A stretch of 64,000 nucleotides of DNA from Tubiluchus corallicola (GCA_030141605.1 JAQGDQ010000872.1:1-64000); one strand, 5' to 3'. Numbered from the stretch's first letter, positions 39,060 to 54,506 are shown. Notes: generated by a model from the letters alone, not told the origin. A program made the numbers and translations.

Positions 39060-40393
39060 TTTAAATCACACACTACTATTAGATAATTTGAAAGAACTTG
39101 GATTTGAACTATCAGCATTAAAATTAATTAATGATTACCTTCAAAATAGAAAGCAGCGGGTTAAAATAAACTCTACAACATTCTCAGATTGGTCTAACCT
39201 TCAACGAGGTATCCCGCAGGGCACACTGTTGGGACCTCTACTGTGTAACCTTTACATCAACAATATTTCTAACGTTCTACAACATTAAAATATTATGCAA
39301 TATGCAGACGAGACTATTTATCTGGCTCACGAGAATATCAGCATTGCAAAACAGTACTTAGAAAAAGACATAAAGAATATCAGCATGGCATTTAATTATT
39401 ATAAGCTAAAAATGAATAGTGACAAAACAGAATTTATGGTATTATCTCCAACAATTAACAATACTGAAAATACAGCTGCTATATCCTTGCAAATAGTAAA
39501 TGATGTTATCATGCAGTCAAAAGTTGTTAATTTCTTAGGCACTAATTTGGACAACATGCTAACATTGGAAGAGCAGTTCATCAACATTTATAAAAAAATG
39601 GCATTAAGTACTTCGTACCTTCGACAAATCAGAGGACAGCTATCAAAACAAACAAAAATTCTAATTTTCAAAACTTTAATTCTGCCCCATTATTTATATG
39701 CCTGCATACTGTACCAAAAAGTGAAAAGACAGTCGTACATCAAATTAATTGTACTTTAAAACTGTGCTTTACGATTAGTTAATGGCCATTCTTTGAAATC
39801 ATCTCACAATGCATGTAAATATTCTGCCACCTCTTTAAGAAACTCCACGAAAATCCCGATATTAGAAGCCCACAGAGATTATCAAATTCTCCTGTTTCTC
39901 TATAAATATATCAACAATATTAATTCTCCTTTCAAAAACAATAAGTTCCCACTTCTTAAAAACCCCAGTATGAATAACAGAACACTAAAGTTAAGAAACA
40001 TTAGAACGAACAATCAATATAGAAAGAATTCCATTACTAAGCAAGCAATACAACTTTGGAATTCATTACCGACATCACTAAAACACAGTAGCTCTTTATC
40101 AATATTCAAGTCTAAATTGAAAAAACAAACATTTAATGACTCGTTTTGAATATCCGACATATGAAGACGATGATATTTACTCAAATCATAATTTCATTTT
40201 TCCTAGACCTTACTAAACTAGTTTATATTTTATTTTTGAATTTCTAGTTGCACTTATAGTTTAGCTTGCACTAGATGCACTTGCCCAGAACAGTGTATTT
40301 TTTTATTTGAACTAACACTGATTGTCTCTCTTTTATTATGATGGTCAATGTTTTTAAAATGGCAAATAAAGTTTTTACTAATACTACTACTAC
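39060..40393 (+). mobile_element. 5'-truncated CR1/L2-like LINE (RT domain to 3' end), disabled; apparently inserted in a hAT-like MITE (~39023-40553)
   Basis: RKQRVKIN...GIPQGTLLGPLL...QYADET; in-frame stops; (TAC)n tail. Outer ends CAGGGTTGTTCC / GGAACAACACTG with CCGAT subterminal repeats. Confidence 0.85.
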
Positions 40394-41957
40394 GAAAAAA
40401 CTGATCCGAACCGATACAGATTGCCGATTTCTGCTAAATCCGATCCGAACCGATACAGATTACCGATTCCTGCCAAAACCGATAACCGAAATGATACCGA
40501 TTTTTTTATTTTTTTGAAACTGATACCGAAACCGATCTATTGGAACAACACTGGCTGGCCGTTTAACTAAAACAGAATTGGATGAATTAATTAGAAAGCA
40601 AAAATTTTATGTGGTTCAATAATGTCAAAAACGAGAAATAATTATAATCATAATTAATGACGAGCGAACAGCAAAGATAAAGTGGTGTAAAAGATTTTGG
40701 TGTAATTTTGACAAGTTGATCGTGCCTCTGATCTCGCAAACAAACACTTTTTATTAATGTCTGTTTGATATCCACGGTATGGCGCGTAAAGTAGCTCCCA
40801 TAAAATGATAACTTTTCCTTTGGACTGTGGCAAAGAGTCTGCATATTGCATACATCCACCCCATCAGCCATCATGGTTGTAACTACAAGTGTGAGACGAA
40901 TTTTTGCTAATAATTGACATCGATGGCGTAGATTCTGTCGTATCATTAATTGTTTTAGTGACTTCTTTCATTCCACTAAATCTATTTGATTTTTTATGGT
41001 ATGTATTCTACGTTAATAATCACGTTGTTTATATAATCTACCACATCGCTTGAAGTGTAAGGTATAAATATAATCTATTCTAGAATTAAGAGTTACCACG
41101 ACTAATTTGTTGATGTTCGCAGATCTTTCCAATCTGTTTCAACAGTCGATTAGAATATACAAGATATATACTTATAGATAAAAATATTTTCACCCAAATT
41201 GCAATGCAATACAGCTGAGCCCATAAAAAGGCAATATTGCAACTTTTAATAGAGGAAAATGTACTACTATAATAATAATAAAACTCCTAAAATAACAAAC
41301 TCTGTCTTTGTTACTTGTATATGGTTCAGCTATAGAGCTAAAGGAAAGGTCAAGTCGCTTAGCACGTTGGGTTTATTCTACTGTTATCACTTCAACTTAG
41401 AAAAATGTAAGAAATTTGCAAAAAACTATATATAAAGTATAAAGTTAATTTATACAAACTATTTGCTGAAAAGAGATTTTTGTGTGTGGTGGTAGCTACC
41501 ATTCTCTTGGAAAATATGGTGGTCTTTGTGACTTTTTGTAAGGCCATTGTGACTTTCGTAAACATACACTGCTTAAACTAATTCAAACTTCTTAGGCTTA
41601 CCTAATGCTCGTGCAAAAACATCACATAATTAGCTATCTAATTTTTTGTAAAAACTTTTTGTACTTTTGGCAGCGATTCAAAGTGTGCTTCTTTTATTCT
41701 GCTGGTGCATGATGCGATTGGTGAATAGGCATTCAATATGGGAGTGCCAAAGCTTGAAATGATCACGATAGTAAAGTGTTTTTGTTAATTTTGAGAGGCA
41801 CTTATCACACTTTTATTACTAAACTCTTCTATCATTTTCTGCAAACATCGAAATAAGCCAAACTTCCCAGAAAGCTTGGCCTTTCCTTTAAAGACTAAAA
41901 TAACTCAACTAACATTAAAGGCTAAGTTAAACATCAAGTTGTTTTTTGATAATTCAG

Positions 41958-44900
41958 GAGCAGACACCGAGATTTTATATCGGTGTTGATGTGGGTACCG
42001 CTAGTGTACGAGCAGGCCTGTTTGATGGTAACGGTAACTTGGTGCACCTATCAACAAGAGAAGTAAAGGTGCATGAGCCAGCACCAGACAGGTTTGAACA
42101 GTCATCAGCAGACATATGGGAATGCACTTGTACAGTAGTAAAAGTGAGTAGTTTTCGTGCCTTTGAACTCACCTTTGTAGGTAATGAATTCCTATAGAAT
42201 AAGCATTCTTACCTACTAATATTACCTTTTAAAGCAGAACAGCGAGATTTTTCATATCCTATCGTATTTTGAAGTACGGTAAAACGTATACATTTTTACA
42301 CATATTATAATAATGCCAAGGCATGTATGATAATTAGATAATAAATTAAAAACTTAACTAACGACTGGCAAGCCCAGCTAGTGATAACATCACAAACGAA
42401 CAATTTTCAGCAGTAAAAACATTCCACGAGTGTGTTGCATGTGTTTGCGAAAGTGAAAATTGAAGTACAATGCTACTATACAATATTCAGTGCAATACAC
42501 GAAAACTCGGCAAATTTTAAGATAAAAATCGATTTTAAATTTACCACCATGCTCACGCATGAGCTCTGGAATGTGTGTATTATGTCACAAAAGAAACAAG
42601 TCTGAACTGAGAGGTACAGCACCTGTTTTTTATGCAACACATTTCTGGAATGCGGGCGCTAGTGCCCATCTAACTAATGAATAGCGAAATGCATGTAGCA
42701 GTGAAGAACTAGCTGCGGGAATGTGAAATTGTGTTTGTGTGGTAATAACTCTTTCAGTCTTTAAAAAATAGTATCCTCCCTTTCAATATTTTAAATAGTG
42801 GACTGTTTTGACCTATAGTTTAGGATTGGGTCTAGTTTTCCTGTAAATTGAATAATAAACTGGCTTTGTTTGGAATGATTTTTACCTAACAAAAAGCAGA
42901 CTTGTGCAGCACGAATACATGTACCTGCACACTTTTAAACATACTAAAATATTTTTATTTTGTTGTTTGTTTAGGAATTAACTGAAAATGTTAGCGACAA
43001 AAGCAGAGTGCGTGGCATTGGGTTTGATGCAACGTGTTCCATGGTGGTCCTGGATGAGAAATTTCATCCCGTGTCTGTTACTCCTTCAGGTTTGTGTAGA
43101 TGTTCATTGCTATGTGATGTGTAAATTTCAAATAGTCATTAGTAAAACTTCTGCACAAGTCATACTTAAATTAAATTAAAGGAAGACAGGATGATTTTCC
43201 ATATACTGCCCCCTTTTCAAGTCCCATAAAAAGTATACGTTTTAAAACGATTAATACGGCAAAAGCGTTCCTGATAATTAAATTACAGATTAAAAACTTA
43301 ACTAACAGTGGAAGAGATTCAGTGTATTGTACTAAATCTAGACAAGTTTTAAGATAAAAATTAAAATTCAAATTTACTGCTGTGCTCATGCATGAGCTGT
43401 CGAATGTGTGTTAGTAGAAACTAACACGTCTGAACTGAGAGGTACAGCACCTGTTTTTTGTGCACCGCATTGCCGCTAGAGTGTGGCAAAATTGTTATTT
43501 TTGTTTAGCAAAGTACTGTAGTTGTTAATTGAACATTTAGTCGTTTGTCATTGGCAGTATTGCCTGTTTATGTTTTTACTCTTGCTAAACTGTTTAACAC
43601 AAAATTGCTAAAGAGTCCTACTAGGCGGCAGCACTCCACATCCCATTTTGTTATCAAGAATAATCTTCTTTGACAAGACATGGCATCTTAGCCGTATTCA
43701 ACGTCTGTGCATCATTCTCAGTAAGGTAAATATCCACGAATGGTTGAAATCACCTAAAACGGGTTTTGAACTGGCACCTTTTGTCTCTAGGCACGCTTAG
43801 AAACCACTTGACTATTTTACTTTCCTCTGTCATGACTTGTAAATCTTTTTGTTCTTGTTTCATTACTAGTAAGAATGCAATTTCCTTTTTCGTGCTTTTA
43901 CTATATATGAATTGTGTTACAATTTTGTATTATAAAAATTTTAAAGGAAAATCATGTCTAATCTTTAGCACAATTCAATCTAATCTATAAAATATTGAAC
44001 GGGAATAGACTATTTTTTCAAGAATGAATTGCGTGAAAGAATTATTGCCAGAGAATAGTAATTTCATGGTCGCCTGGCTAGTGCTTCGGGCATCAGCGCC
44101 TGCATCTTGGAAATGCGTTGTACAAAAAGCTGGTCTTGTACCTCTCCTTTCAAAGGTGTTCAGTTGTGATATAGTAGTGCACACTTTCCAGAAATCTGTA
44201 AATTTAAAACTTTTAAATTTTAAATTTTTCGAGTTTTTGTATATCACACTAAATGTTATACAGTGGCACTGTACTTCAATTTGCACTTTCACAAGCACTT
44301 GCAACACTTTCGTGGAATATTTTTGCTTTTAAAAATTATGTTAGTTTGTGGTGTTATCAATCAAAGTTGGTTTCACCCGCGTTAATTAAGTTTTTAATTT
44401 CTAATTTAATTATCTTAAACTGTTTTGCAGCATTAATTGTGTTAAAATGTATACTTGTTACTGGACTTGAGAATGGGGTAGTATATGAAAAACCATCATG
44501 TCTTCCCTTAACTATGTCTCTTCCTTATTCTTCTCTTCTCTCATCATCTTCATTCTTCATTCTTTGTTTCACTTTTCATGGCGGCTTAACAAGGTCCCCT
44601 TTATAGCCACCATGCAGCAAATTTCTCCATGCAATTTCCCCAAATAACTACCATGCAGCGCGTTCGTGGAAAATTTGTGCTGTTGAAAATTATGTTCATA
44701 GGTGATGTCATCTCTAGTTGGGCTCGTCGACATTAATTAAGTTCTTAACTTATTGTTTAATTACCAGAAATATTTTGGCATATAAGTGTTAAAACTAGAT
44801 GTATACTTTTTACCGCGCATCAAAATTGGTTAGAAAATGAAAAATCATCCTGTTTTCCTTTAAAACTAGGAAGCGATGAATGGAACGTTATCATGTGGAT

Positions 44901-47900
44901 GGATCATCGAGCTAAAGAACAAGCTGATCAAATCAACAGCACTCATCACAAAGCTCTGAATTTCTATGGTGGAAAAATATTCCTTGAACACGAACCGCCA
45001 AAACTTTTGTGGTTGAAACAGAATTTAAACGAATCCACTTGGAATCGTGCCAAACATTTCTTTGATCTACCTGATTTCCTCACTTTCAAAGCAACTGGCT
45101 CATTATCCAGGTAGGACTTATAGTCTATATTACAATAGTGGGGCCAGTTTATTGATTTATTTGATTGTACAATCATATCTCGATTTGACTCGAAAGAATA
45201 CATACACTGATCGGTAGAATCGGACAAAAACTGGACCGTTAAAAGTCTCACATACTGAGGACACAGTCTGTTGTTTCTCGAGCTGACCGCTAGCTGGCAG
45301 GCTGTTACATCATTACATCAGTGTAACCACGTGTATATCTCTATGTATAAAAATATATAGAATCAATTGCGCGGAGTTATTTGAGTCAATGTCGACAGTT
45401 TTTATATACTTTTGCATAGGAGCGGCCAGTACTAGACATTTTTGAGGCAATTAGCCGATTGATTCTACATTACTTTGAGCCTAATACATGTCTCCTACCG
45501 TATTTGCTTAGTATTGGTAAATATGGGCAATCGGCAAATTTGGACCGACGTCTCCCCGCTTTTGTCCAGCAAACCGAGATGTGAGTGTAACCGAATTGTG
45601 TTTTTGTTTCTTATCATTGGTTAATTTGTTTCAACAGTCGATGCAAATTGATTGTTTTACCAATACCGTTTTCATTTATTTCTTCAAAAATCGACAAAAA
45701 TTGTGTGACAGATACAGCTATCATTGCTGTTGAACCAAGTGATATAGTGCTGTCTTTCATCAGTAACTTAGAGGTGCATGGTGTCTCAAGAGCAAGAATG
45801 TAGGTTTTCGTGTATGCCTGAACGCAGGGATGAGAATTTTCCGCGGATGCTCGGAATTCCAAGTTTTTGGACGACCAGTAGTGCCATTTTTGTAAATCGC
45901 GTAAATTCTTTGAGAAAATTTTTACGGACCCAGTACATTATTTCACAAGCTGACCGCTAGTTGGCAGGCCGGTAGTTTGTTTACATCACGTACATCAGTA
46001 TAACCACGTGTATATCTCTATGTATAAAAATATAGAATCAATTGTGCGGAGTTATTTGAGTCAATTGCAGACAGTTTTTATATACTTTTGCATAGGAGTA
46101 GCCAGTACTTAGGCATTTTTTAGACAATTAGGTACCATGTATCCTTGATAGTTGGGTATTTTAAATTATGCATGAAACAAGGTAACTGATATTTTAAGTC
46201 CACTTAGAGGTTCTCTATGGTCACAAAATTGCAATTTGTTGCTGGCTCCGAGGGGGCTTTGCCTCTCAACCCCATTGAGGGCCTAGGCGGCCCCAAAACC
46301 CCCAGCCTGTTTCAGAGTTTTTTGCAATTTGTCATTCTCATCCCTGCTGATCGCTATTATGATCATTTATTAAATTGGTCTGGTGTCCGTTTATTATGCA
46401 ACTCATGACGGACCCCTACTGTTTTGTACAACCTTTTTTGATATTTTTTTTAATTAATTTTTTATGTTTTAATTTATGCCTGAATTTTGCTAGGTCATTC
46501 TGCTCTCTATCAAGTAAATGGGCATATCAGCTTGATCCACAAGAGCACAGAGGTTATTGGGACGATACATTCTGGACCGAGATTGGTCTTGAAGAAATGG
46601 TACAATCTTATTCTAAGCTAGGTAAAAAAAGTCGCATTTAGCATCATGATGAAATTTTACAACTCTTGTCGCGTTTTCTTTATGCTGTTTTGTTTTTATT
46701 TATGATTATTGATTACATTAGAATTGGTAATTATGTTTATTATAATTGTACTCGCTGTTTTTCATTGTGTATATTGTGTGTAAATTTTTGTTACTAAGTA
46801 TTAAAATATGTTCGTTATATTTTATTATATATGTATGTAGTAAAGGATTATAATTTGTAACTATGTCTATTGTATATTGTTGTCGTTCAATGTGTCTCAT
46901 GCATTAGATTCTAAATTATATAGGTTTGACATGTCAAATGTAGACCTGTGTTAATTCAAATGTTTCTTGGTAACTCAAATGTAGACTTAGGTAGTTCAAA
47001 TGTGTCAACAATGGTTTTCAACAAATCTTGAGCGCTTTTGGTAAGTCAAATGTGGATAGGTAGTAAAGCTTAAGGATGTTGAATTTAATCTCAATTTAAT
47101 ATTAATGGCTCGTAAGTTAAATAGGCCTACTAATAGATGCACTGTCTTTGGTTTATCTTTTTCTAATTTGCACTTAAATAACTTAGTTACCGATTTATTC
47201 AAAGTACCGCATCTACATTTGACTTACCCAAGTCACATTTGAGTTATGAAAACACATTCGAAATTCCCATGTCTACATTTGACTTGCCTAAGTCACATTT
47301 GAACTTTCCTGTGTCTACAATTGACATGTAAAACCTATTTATATATATATGTGAATAGGATTAATACATTGCAAATGCTTTTAGAAATTTTAAACATATC
47401 CATTCAAATAGAGAGACTATTCTGTACATAGTTTTTAAAAATAAAGAATTATGATAATAATAATAATAATAATAATAATAACATCAGGTTGTCCAGCAGA
47501 CTAGAATTAGAAGTTTTAACATTTTAAAGCATTTGAAATGAGTAGAGGGAGTAGGATATTTCAACATTCTTAGATGTAACGTTGCCACTTATAAAAGTTC
47601 TGCACATTGTCAGACATCTCTACTAAAACAGTTTTATCTCATTCCTTACGGTTTTGCTGTCACTTGTTTTCTATGCGGCAAATTTTGATTTTACCAAATA
47701 AAACCGAGGAAAAATGCTGCCCCATGTCCAGACTTCCTCTTTAATAAGCTCGTTTTACATGGAAATTGACTGCGACCAGCAGTAAAATTTAACAAACATG
47801 TGATGTTATTCTGCTGTTTTCAACTAGCAAAGTTATTACAAAACTCTTTTATCATTTAACTATGTCACCTTAACTTTTTTTGAGAAAGAAATTCATTGCC

Positions 47901-50900
47901 ATAGTTGTCATAACGTAACGTAACGTTTAAAAAATAACTCAAATCCTACTTGTATAATAGACGTATTCGGACTTGCAACGATACTTACCCCGGAATCAAT
48001 AAACATAGATTCGTACTTTCAACCGCCATTACGAACGCAGTACTTAAGCGAATTTAGTCGCGTAATACACGGTTAGAAAGCTCGTGAAATTCTCTATCTA
48101 ACCGTATATAGTTTGTTAAAAAGTAACGTAACTTTTATAAATTAACTCAAACCCTAGTTGTACATTCAAAATAGTTGTCATGGTTTTGCATGTGTGATGT
48201 GAAATCTCCTTTTTTTAAATTTTCGAAAAATCTCCGGATTTCTGGAGGTGAGAGGTCGGCGTTGTTTTTTTTTGTTATACTTTCTTACATCAAGCATTTC
48301 AACTCATGAATACCAGCCTAAAGTGCTTAGCATCTATTGCTAGTTAAACTGGTTAAGAACTTTTTCTGTTAGACGGTACAGGAACAGCATCATCACTTCT
48401 CATTTATCATGTTGACAGTTTAGATACAATCAATTACAATGTATCAACTCGTAGAGGAATAGCATCATCACTTCTCATTTATCATGTTGACAGTTTAGAT
48501 ACAATCAATTACAATGTATCAACTGGTAGAGGAACAGCATCATCACTTCTCATTTATCATGTTGACAGTTTAGATACAATCAATTACAATGTATCAACTG
48601 GTAGAGGAACAGCATCATCACTTCTCATTTATCATGTTGACAGTTTAGATACAATCAATTACAATGTATCAACTGGTAGAGGAACAGCATCATCACTTCT
48701 CATTTATCATGTTGACAGTTTAGATACAATCAATTACAATGTATCAACTGGTAGAGGAACAGCATCATCACTTCTCATTTATCATGTTGACAGTTTAGAT
48801 ACAATCAATTACAATGTATCAACTGGTAGAGGAACAGCATCATCACTTCTCTTTATCATGTTGACAGTTTAGATACAATCAATTACAATGTATCAACTGG
48901 TAGAGGAACAGCATCATCACTTCTCATTTATCATGTTGACAGTTTAGATACAATCAATTACAATGTATCAACTGGTAGAGGAACAGCATCATCACTTCTC
49001 ATTTATCATGTTGACAGTTTAGATACAATCAATTACAATGTATCAACTGGTAGAGGAACAGCATCATCACTTCTCATTTATCATGTTGACAGTTTAGATA
49101 CAATCAATTACAATGTATCAACTGGTAGAGGAACAGCATCATCACTTCTCATTTATCATGTTGACAGTTTAGATACAATCAATAACAATGTATCAACTGG
49201 TAGAGGAACAGCATCATCACTTCTCATTTATCATGTTGACAGTTTAGATACAATCAATTACAATGTATCAACTGGTAGAGGAACAGCATCATCACTTCTC
49301 ATTTATCATGTTGACAGTTTAGATACAATCAATTACAATGTATCAACTGGTAGAGGAACAGCATCATCACTTCTCATTTATCATGTTGACAGTTTAGATA
49401 CAATCAATTACAATGTATCAACTGGTAGAGGAACAGCATCATCACTTCTCATTTATCATGTTGACAGTTTAGATACAATCAATTACAATGTATCAACTGG
49501 TAGAGGAACAGCATCATCACTTCTCATTTATCATGTTGACAGTTTAGATACAATCAATTACAATGTATCAACTGGTAGAGGAACAGCATCATCACTTCTC
49601 ATTTATCATGTTGACAGTTTAGATACAATCAATTACAATGTATCAACTGGTAGAGGAACAGCATCATCACTTCTCATTTATCATGTTGACAGTTTAGATA
49701 CAATCAATTACAATGTATCAACTGGTAGAGGAACAGCATCATCACTTCTCATTTATCATGTTGACAGTTTAGATACAATCAATTACAATGTATCAACTGG
49801 TAGAGGAACAGCATCATCACTTCTCATTTATCATGTTGACAGTTTAGATACAATCAATAACAATGTATCAACTGGTAGAGGAACAGCATCATCACTTCTC
49901 ATTTATCATGTTGACAGTTTAGATACAATCAATAACAATGTATCAACTGGTAGAGGAACAGCATCATCACTTCTCATGTTGACAGTTTAGATACAATCAA
50001 TTACAATGTATCAACTGGTAGAGGAACAGCATCATCACTTCTCATTTATCATGTTGACAGTTTAGATACAATCAATTACAATGTATCAACTGGTAGAGGA
50101 ACAGCATCATCACTTCTCATTTATCATGTTGACAGTTTAGATACAATCAATTACAATGTATCAACTGGTAGAGGAACAGCATCATCACTTCTCATTTATC
50201 ATGTTGACAGTTTAGATACAATCAATTACAATGTATCAACTGGTAGAGGAACAGCATCATCACTTCTCATGTTGATAGTTTAGATACAATCAATTACAAT
50301 GTATCAACTGGTAGAGGAACAGCATCATCACTTCTCATGTTGACAGTTTAGATACAATCAATTATAATGTATCAACTGGTAGAGGAACAGCATCATCACT
50401 TCTCATTTATCATGTTGATAGTTTAGATACAATCAATAACAATGTATCAACTGGTAGAGGAACAGCATCATCACTTCTCATGTTGATAGTTTAGATACAA
50501 TCAATTACAATGTATCAACTGGTAGAGGAACAGCATCATCACTTCTCATTTATCATGTTGACAGTTTAGATACAATCAATTACAATGTATCAACTGGTAG
50601 AGGAACAGCATCATCACTTCTCATTTATCATGTTGACAGTTTAGATACAATCAATTACAATGTATCAACTGGTAGAGGAACAGCATCATCACTTCTCATT
50701 TATCATGTTGACAGTTTAGATACAATCAATTACAATGTATCAACTGGTAGAGGAACAGCATCATCACTTCTCATTTATCATGTTGACAGTTTAGATACAA
50801 TCAATTACAATGTATCAACTGGTAGAGGAACAGCATCATCACTTCTCATTTATCATGTTGACAGTTTAGATACAATCAATTACAATGTATCAACTGGTAG

Positions 50901-53900
50901 AGGAACAGCATCATCACTTCTCATTTATCATGTTGACAGTTTAGATACAATCAATTATAATGTATCAACTGGTAGAGGAACAGCATCATCACTTCTCATT
51001 TATCGTGTTGACAGTTTAGATACAATCAGTTACAATGTATCAACTGGTAGAGGGACAGCATCATTACTTCTCATTTATCATGTTGATAGTTTAGATACAA
51101 TCAATAACAATGTATCAACTGGTAGAGGAACAGCATCATCACTTCTCATTTATCATGTTGACAGTTTAGATACAGTCAATTACAATGTATCAACTGACTT
51201 GTTTTCAGGATTGGAAGCAAAAACACCTGGTGAACCTGTAGGTACCGGTCTATCATTCACTGCTGCACAAGAACTAGGTTTATTGGAAGGTACGGCTGTG
51301 GCAACATCTATGGTTGATGCTCACGCTGGTGGTTTAGGTAACAGATAATTACTTGTATATATTTGCTGAAACTTGCTTAAAAAATAGCGCATTTCTAATT
51401 TGACATTACAGGTAGTCGTTGACTTATGACCTTTGCAACTTGAGTTCCACTTTTTGACCCAAGTACAACTTAATTATAATTAGTATAATTAAATATAAGT
51501 AATTAATTATACAAAAGCAAGTATGACTCATATTTTCTTCTATTTTTTAAACGAATTAACTTTAAATCGTTGTCTGTTTCTATAACTTCATCGTAGGCAC
51601 TAATCCTTGTACACACATGTAACGTTTTGCATGCAGGGGCACACTGTTTGAATATTGGTTGAATATACCGGTCCAACTTGCATTCAATTCGTCTTACGAT
51701 CAATCCACCTGCAGGGGCACACTGTTTGAATATTGGTTGAATATACCGGTCCAACTTGCATTCAATTCGTCTTACGATCAATCCACCTGCAGGGGCACAC
51801 TGTTTGAATATTGGTTGAATATACCGGTCCAACTTGCATTCAATTCGTCTTACGATCAATCCACCTGCAGGGGCACACTGTTTGAATATTGGTTAAATAT
51901 ACCGGTCCAACTTGCATTCAATTCGTTTTACGATCAATCCACCTGCAGGGGCACACTGTTTGAATATTGGTTGAATATACCGGTCCAACTTGCATTCAAT
52001 TCGTCTTATGATCAATCCACCTGCAGGGGCACACTGTTTGAATATTGGTTGAATATACCGGTCCAACTTGCATTCAATTCGTCTTACGATCAATCCACCT
52101 GCAGGGGCACACTGTTTGAATATTGGTTAAATATACCGGTCCAACTTGCATTCAATTCGTCTTACGATCAATCCACCTGCAGGGGCACACTGTTTGAATA
52201 TTGGTTGAATATACCGGTCCAACTTGCATTCAATTCGTCTTACGATCAATCCACCTGCAGGGGCACACTGTTTGAATATTGGTTGAATATACCGGTCCAA
52301 CTTGCATTCAATTCGTCTTACGATCAATCCACCTGCAGGGGCACACTGTTTGAATATTGGTTGAATATACCGGTCCAACTTGCATTCAATTCGTCTTACG
52401 ATCAATCCACCTGCAGGGGCACACTGTTTGAATATTGGTTGAATATACCGGTCCAACTTGCATTCAATTGGTCTTACGATCAATCCACCTGCAGGGGCAC
52501 ACTGTTTGAACATTGGTTGAATATACCGGTCCAACTTGTATTCAATTCGTCTTACGATCAATCCACCTGCAGGGGCACACTGTTTGAATATTGGTTGAAT
52601 ATACCGGTCCAACTTGCATTCAATTCGTCTTACGATCAATCCACCTGCAGGGGCACACTGTTTGAATATTGGTTGAATATACCGGTCCAACTTGCATTCA
52701 ATTCGTCTTACGATCAATCCACCTGCAGGGGCACACTGCTTGAATATAGGTTGAATATACCGGTCCAACTTGCATTCAATTTATCTTATGATCAATCCAC
52801 CTGCAGGGGCACACTGTTTGAATATTGGTTAAGTATACCGGTCCAAGTTGTATTCAGTTCGTCTTACAATCAATCCACCTGCAGGGGCACACTGCTTGAA
52901 TATAGGTTGAATATACGGGTCCAACTTGCATTCAATTTATCTTATGATCAATCCACCTGCAGGGGCACACTGTTTGAATATTGGTTAAGTATACCGGTCC
53001 AAGTTGTATTCAGTTCGTCTTACAATCAATCCACCTGCAGGGGCACACTGTTTGAATATTGGTTGAATATACCGGTCCAACTTGCATTCAATTTGTCTTA
53101 CGATCAATCCACCTGCAGGGGCACACTGTTTGAATATTGGTTGAATATACCGGTCCAACTTGTATTCAATTCGTCTTACGATCAATCCACCTGCAGGGGC
53201 ACACTGTTTGAATATTGGTTGAATATACCGGTCCAACTTGCATTCAATTCGTCTTACGATCAATCCACCTGCAGGGGCACACTGCTTGAATATAGGTTGA
53301 ATATACCGGTCCAACTTGCATTCAATTTATCTTATGATCAATCCACCTGCAGGGGTACACTGCTTGAATATTGGTTAAATATTCCGGTTCAACTTGCAGT
53401 GTAACTTCAATGTTTGCACTGTAACAAAGTGCAGTATCAGTTATTTGAATCCACTGATGCAGAAAATTTCAACTACCCAGACACAACACTCTGATACAGT
53501 TTTGGGGCGGGTCGTAGCTAAAATTAGTGCAGTGCTGCTTCAGAAAATTTATAACCATTGCTATAATACTGTGTAAAATGTAACAAACATACGTAACCTT
53601 AGTGTTGTAGTTTTATTTGAAGATCAGGTGTTGGATGGCCGCTTTCCTTAATTGCAACTTTCTCATGGAGAGACAACTGTGAAAAATTAAGCTGTTCTAG
53701 TTCACTTACAGTTATGTTTAAACAATTTAAACCAGCATGATTGGATAGCCGATTTTGCCCTGAATAGAACAGTACCTAATTTATAATTATTTAGTGCTGT
53801 CTGTGCTCGTACAGTAGCAGAAAAGTCATAGGTCTTATAAGACCCATTTTGAATGGTGTGGTTCTGAAGGAGTTACTATTTTACAGGATCAGTAGCTTGT

Positions 53901-54463
53901 CAGGTGCAAGGAGAAGATAAAATCAATGAAGTTCCATTTGAAAACCGTCTTTCAATGATTTGTGGAACATCCACTTGTCATATGGCTGTAAGTGTAGATT
54001 TATATGTGAGAGGTAACTTATTTATAGGGTTTTGGGTGGGTGCTGTGCACTAATTGTAGAGCTCGTTAGATTCGCTCACTATGGATTTGAGACAGCTGAT
54101 GCAAATCTATTGAATTATAAATGCCATTTGCATTTATCTTACAGAAAAATAAGCACAGTAACAATGATGATGACAATTGGGGACCATTTTACTCTGCCAT
54201 GCTGCCCGCCTACTGGCTCACTGAAGGTGGACAAAGTGTTGCCGGCAAACTGGTAAAACTTGCCTTTCCTTTCATGTTTTTGATTAAAATGTTTGACATA
54301 AATTGTTCTTGTTACATATGAGCTTGAAAAAAAACTAACGTGAAAAAATCTTAACTGCGTTGAACAATGATGTAAGCTATTAATAAAACTATAATTGTGT
54401 GTATTATGCAACAGTGGTGTAGCTAGTAGTTGGGGGGGAACAACTGCTCTTCCAAGGACACTT

Positions 54464-54506
<43 letters not shown>

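Noticed and set aside
51659-53404. 581-aa ORF of 26-aa repeats
   Set aside because: It is the 78-bp intronic satellite read in a stop-free frame; it starts at TTG, has no unique domain, and the antisense frame is largely open too.
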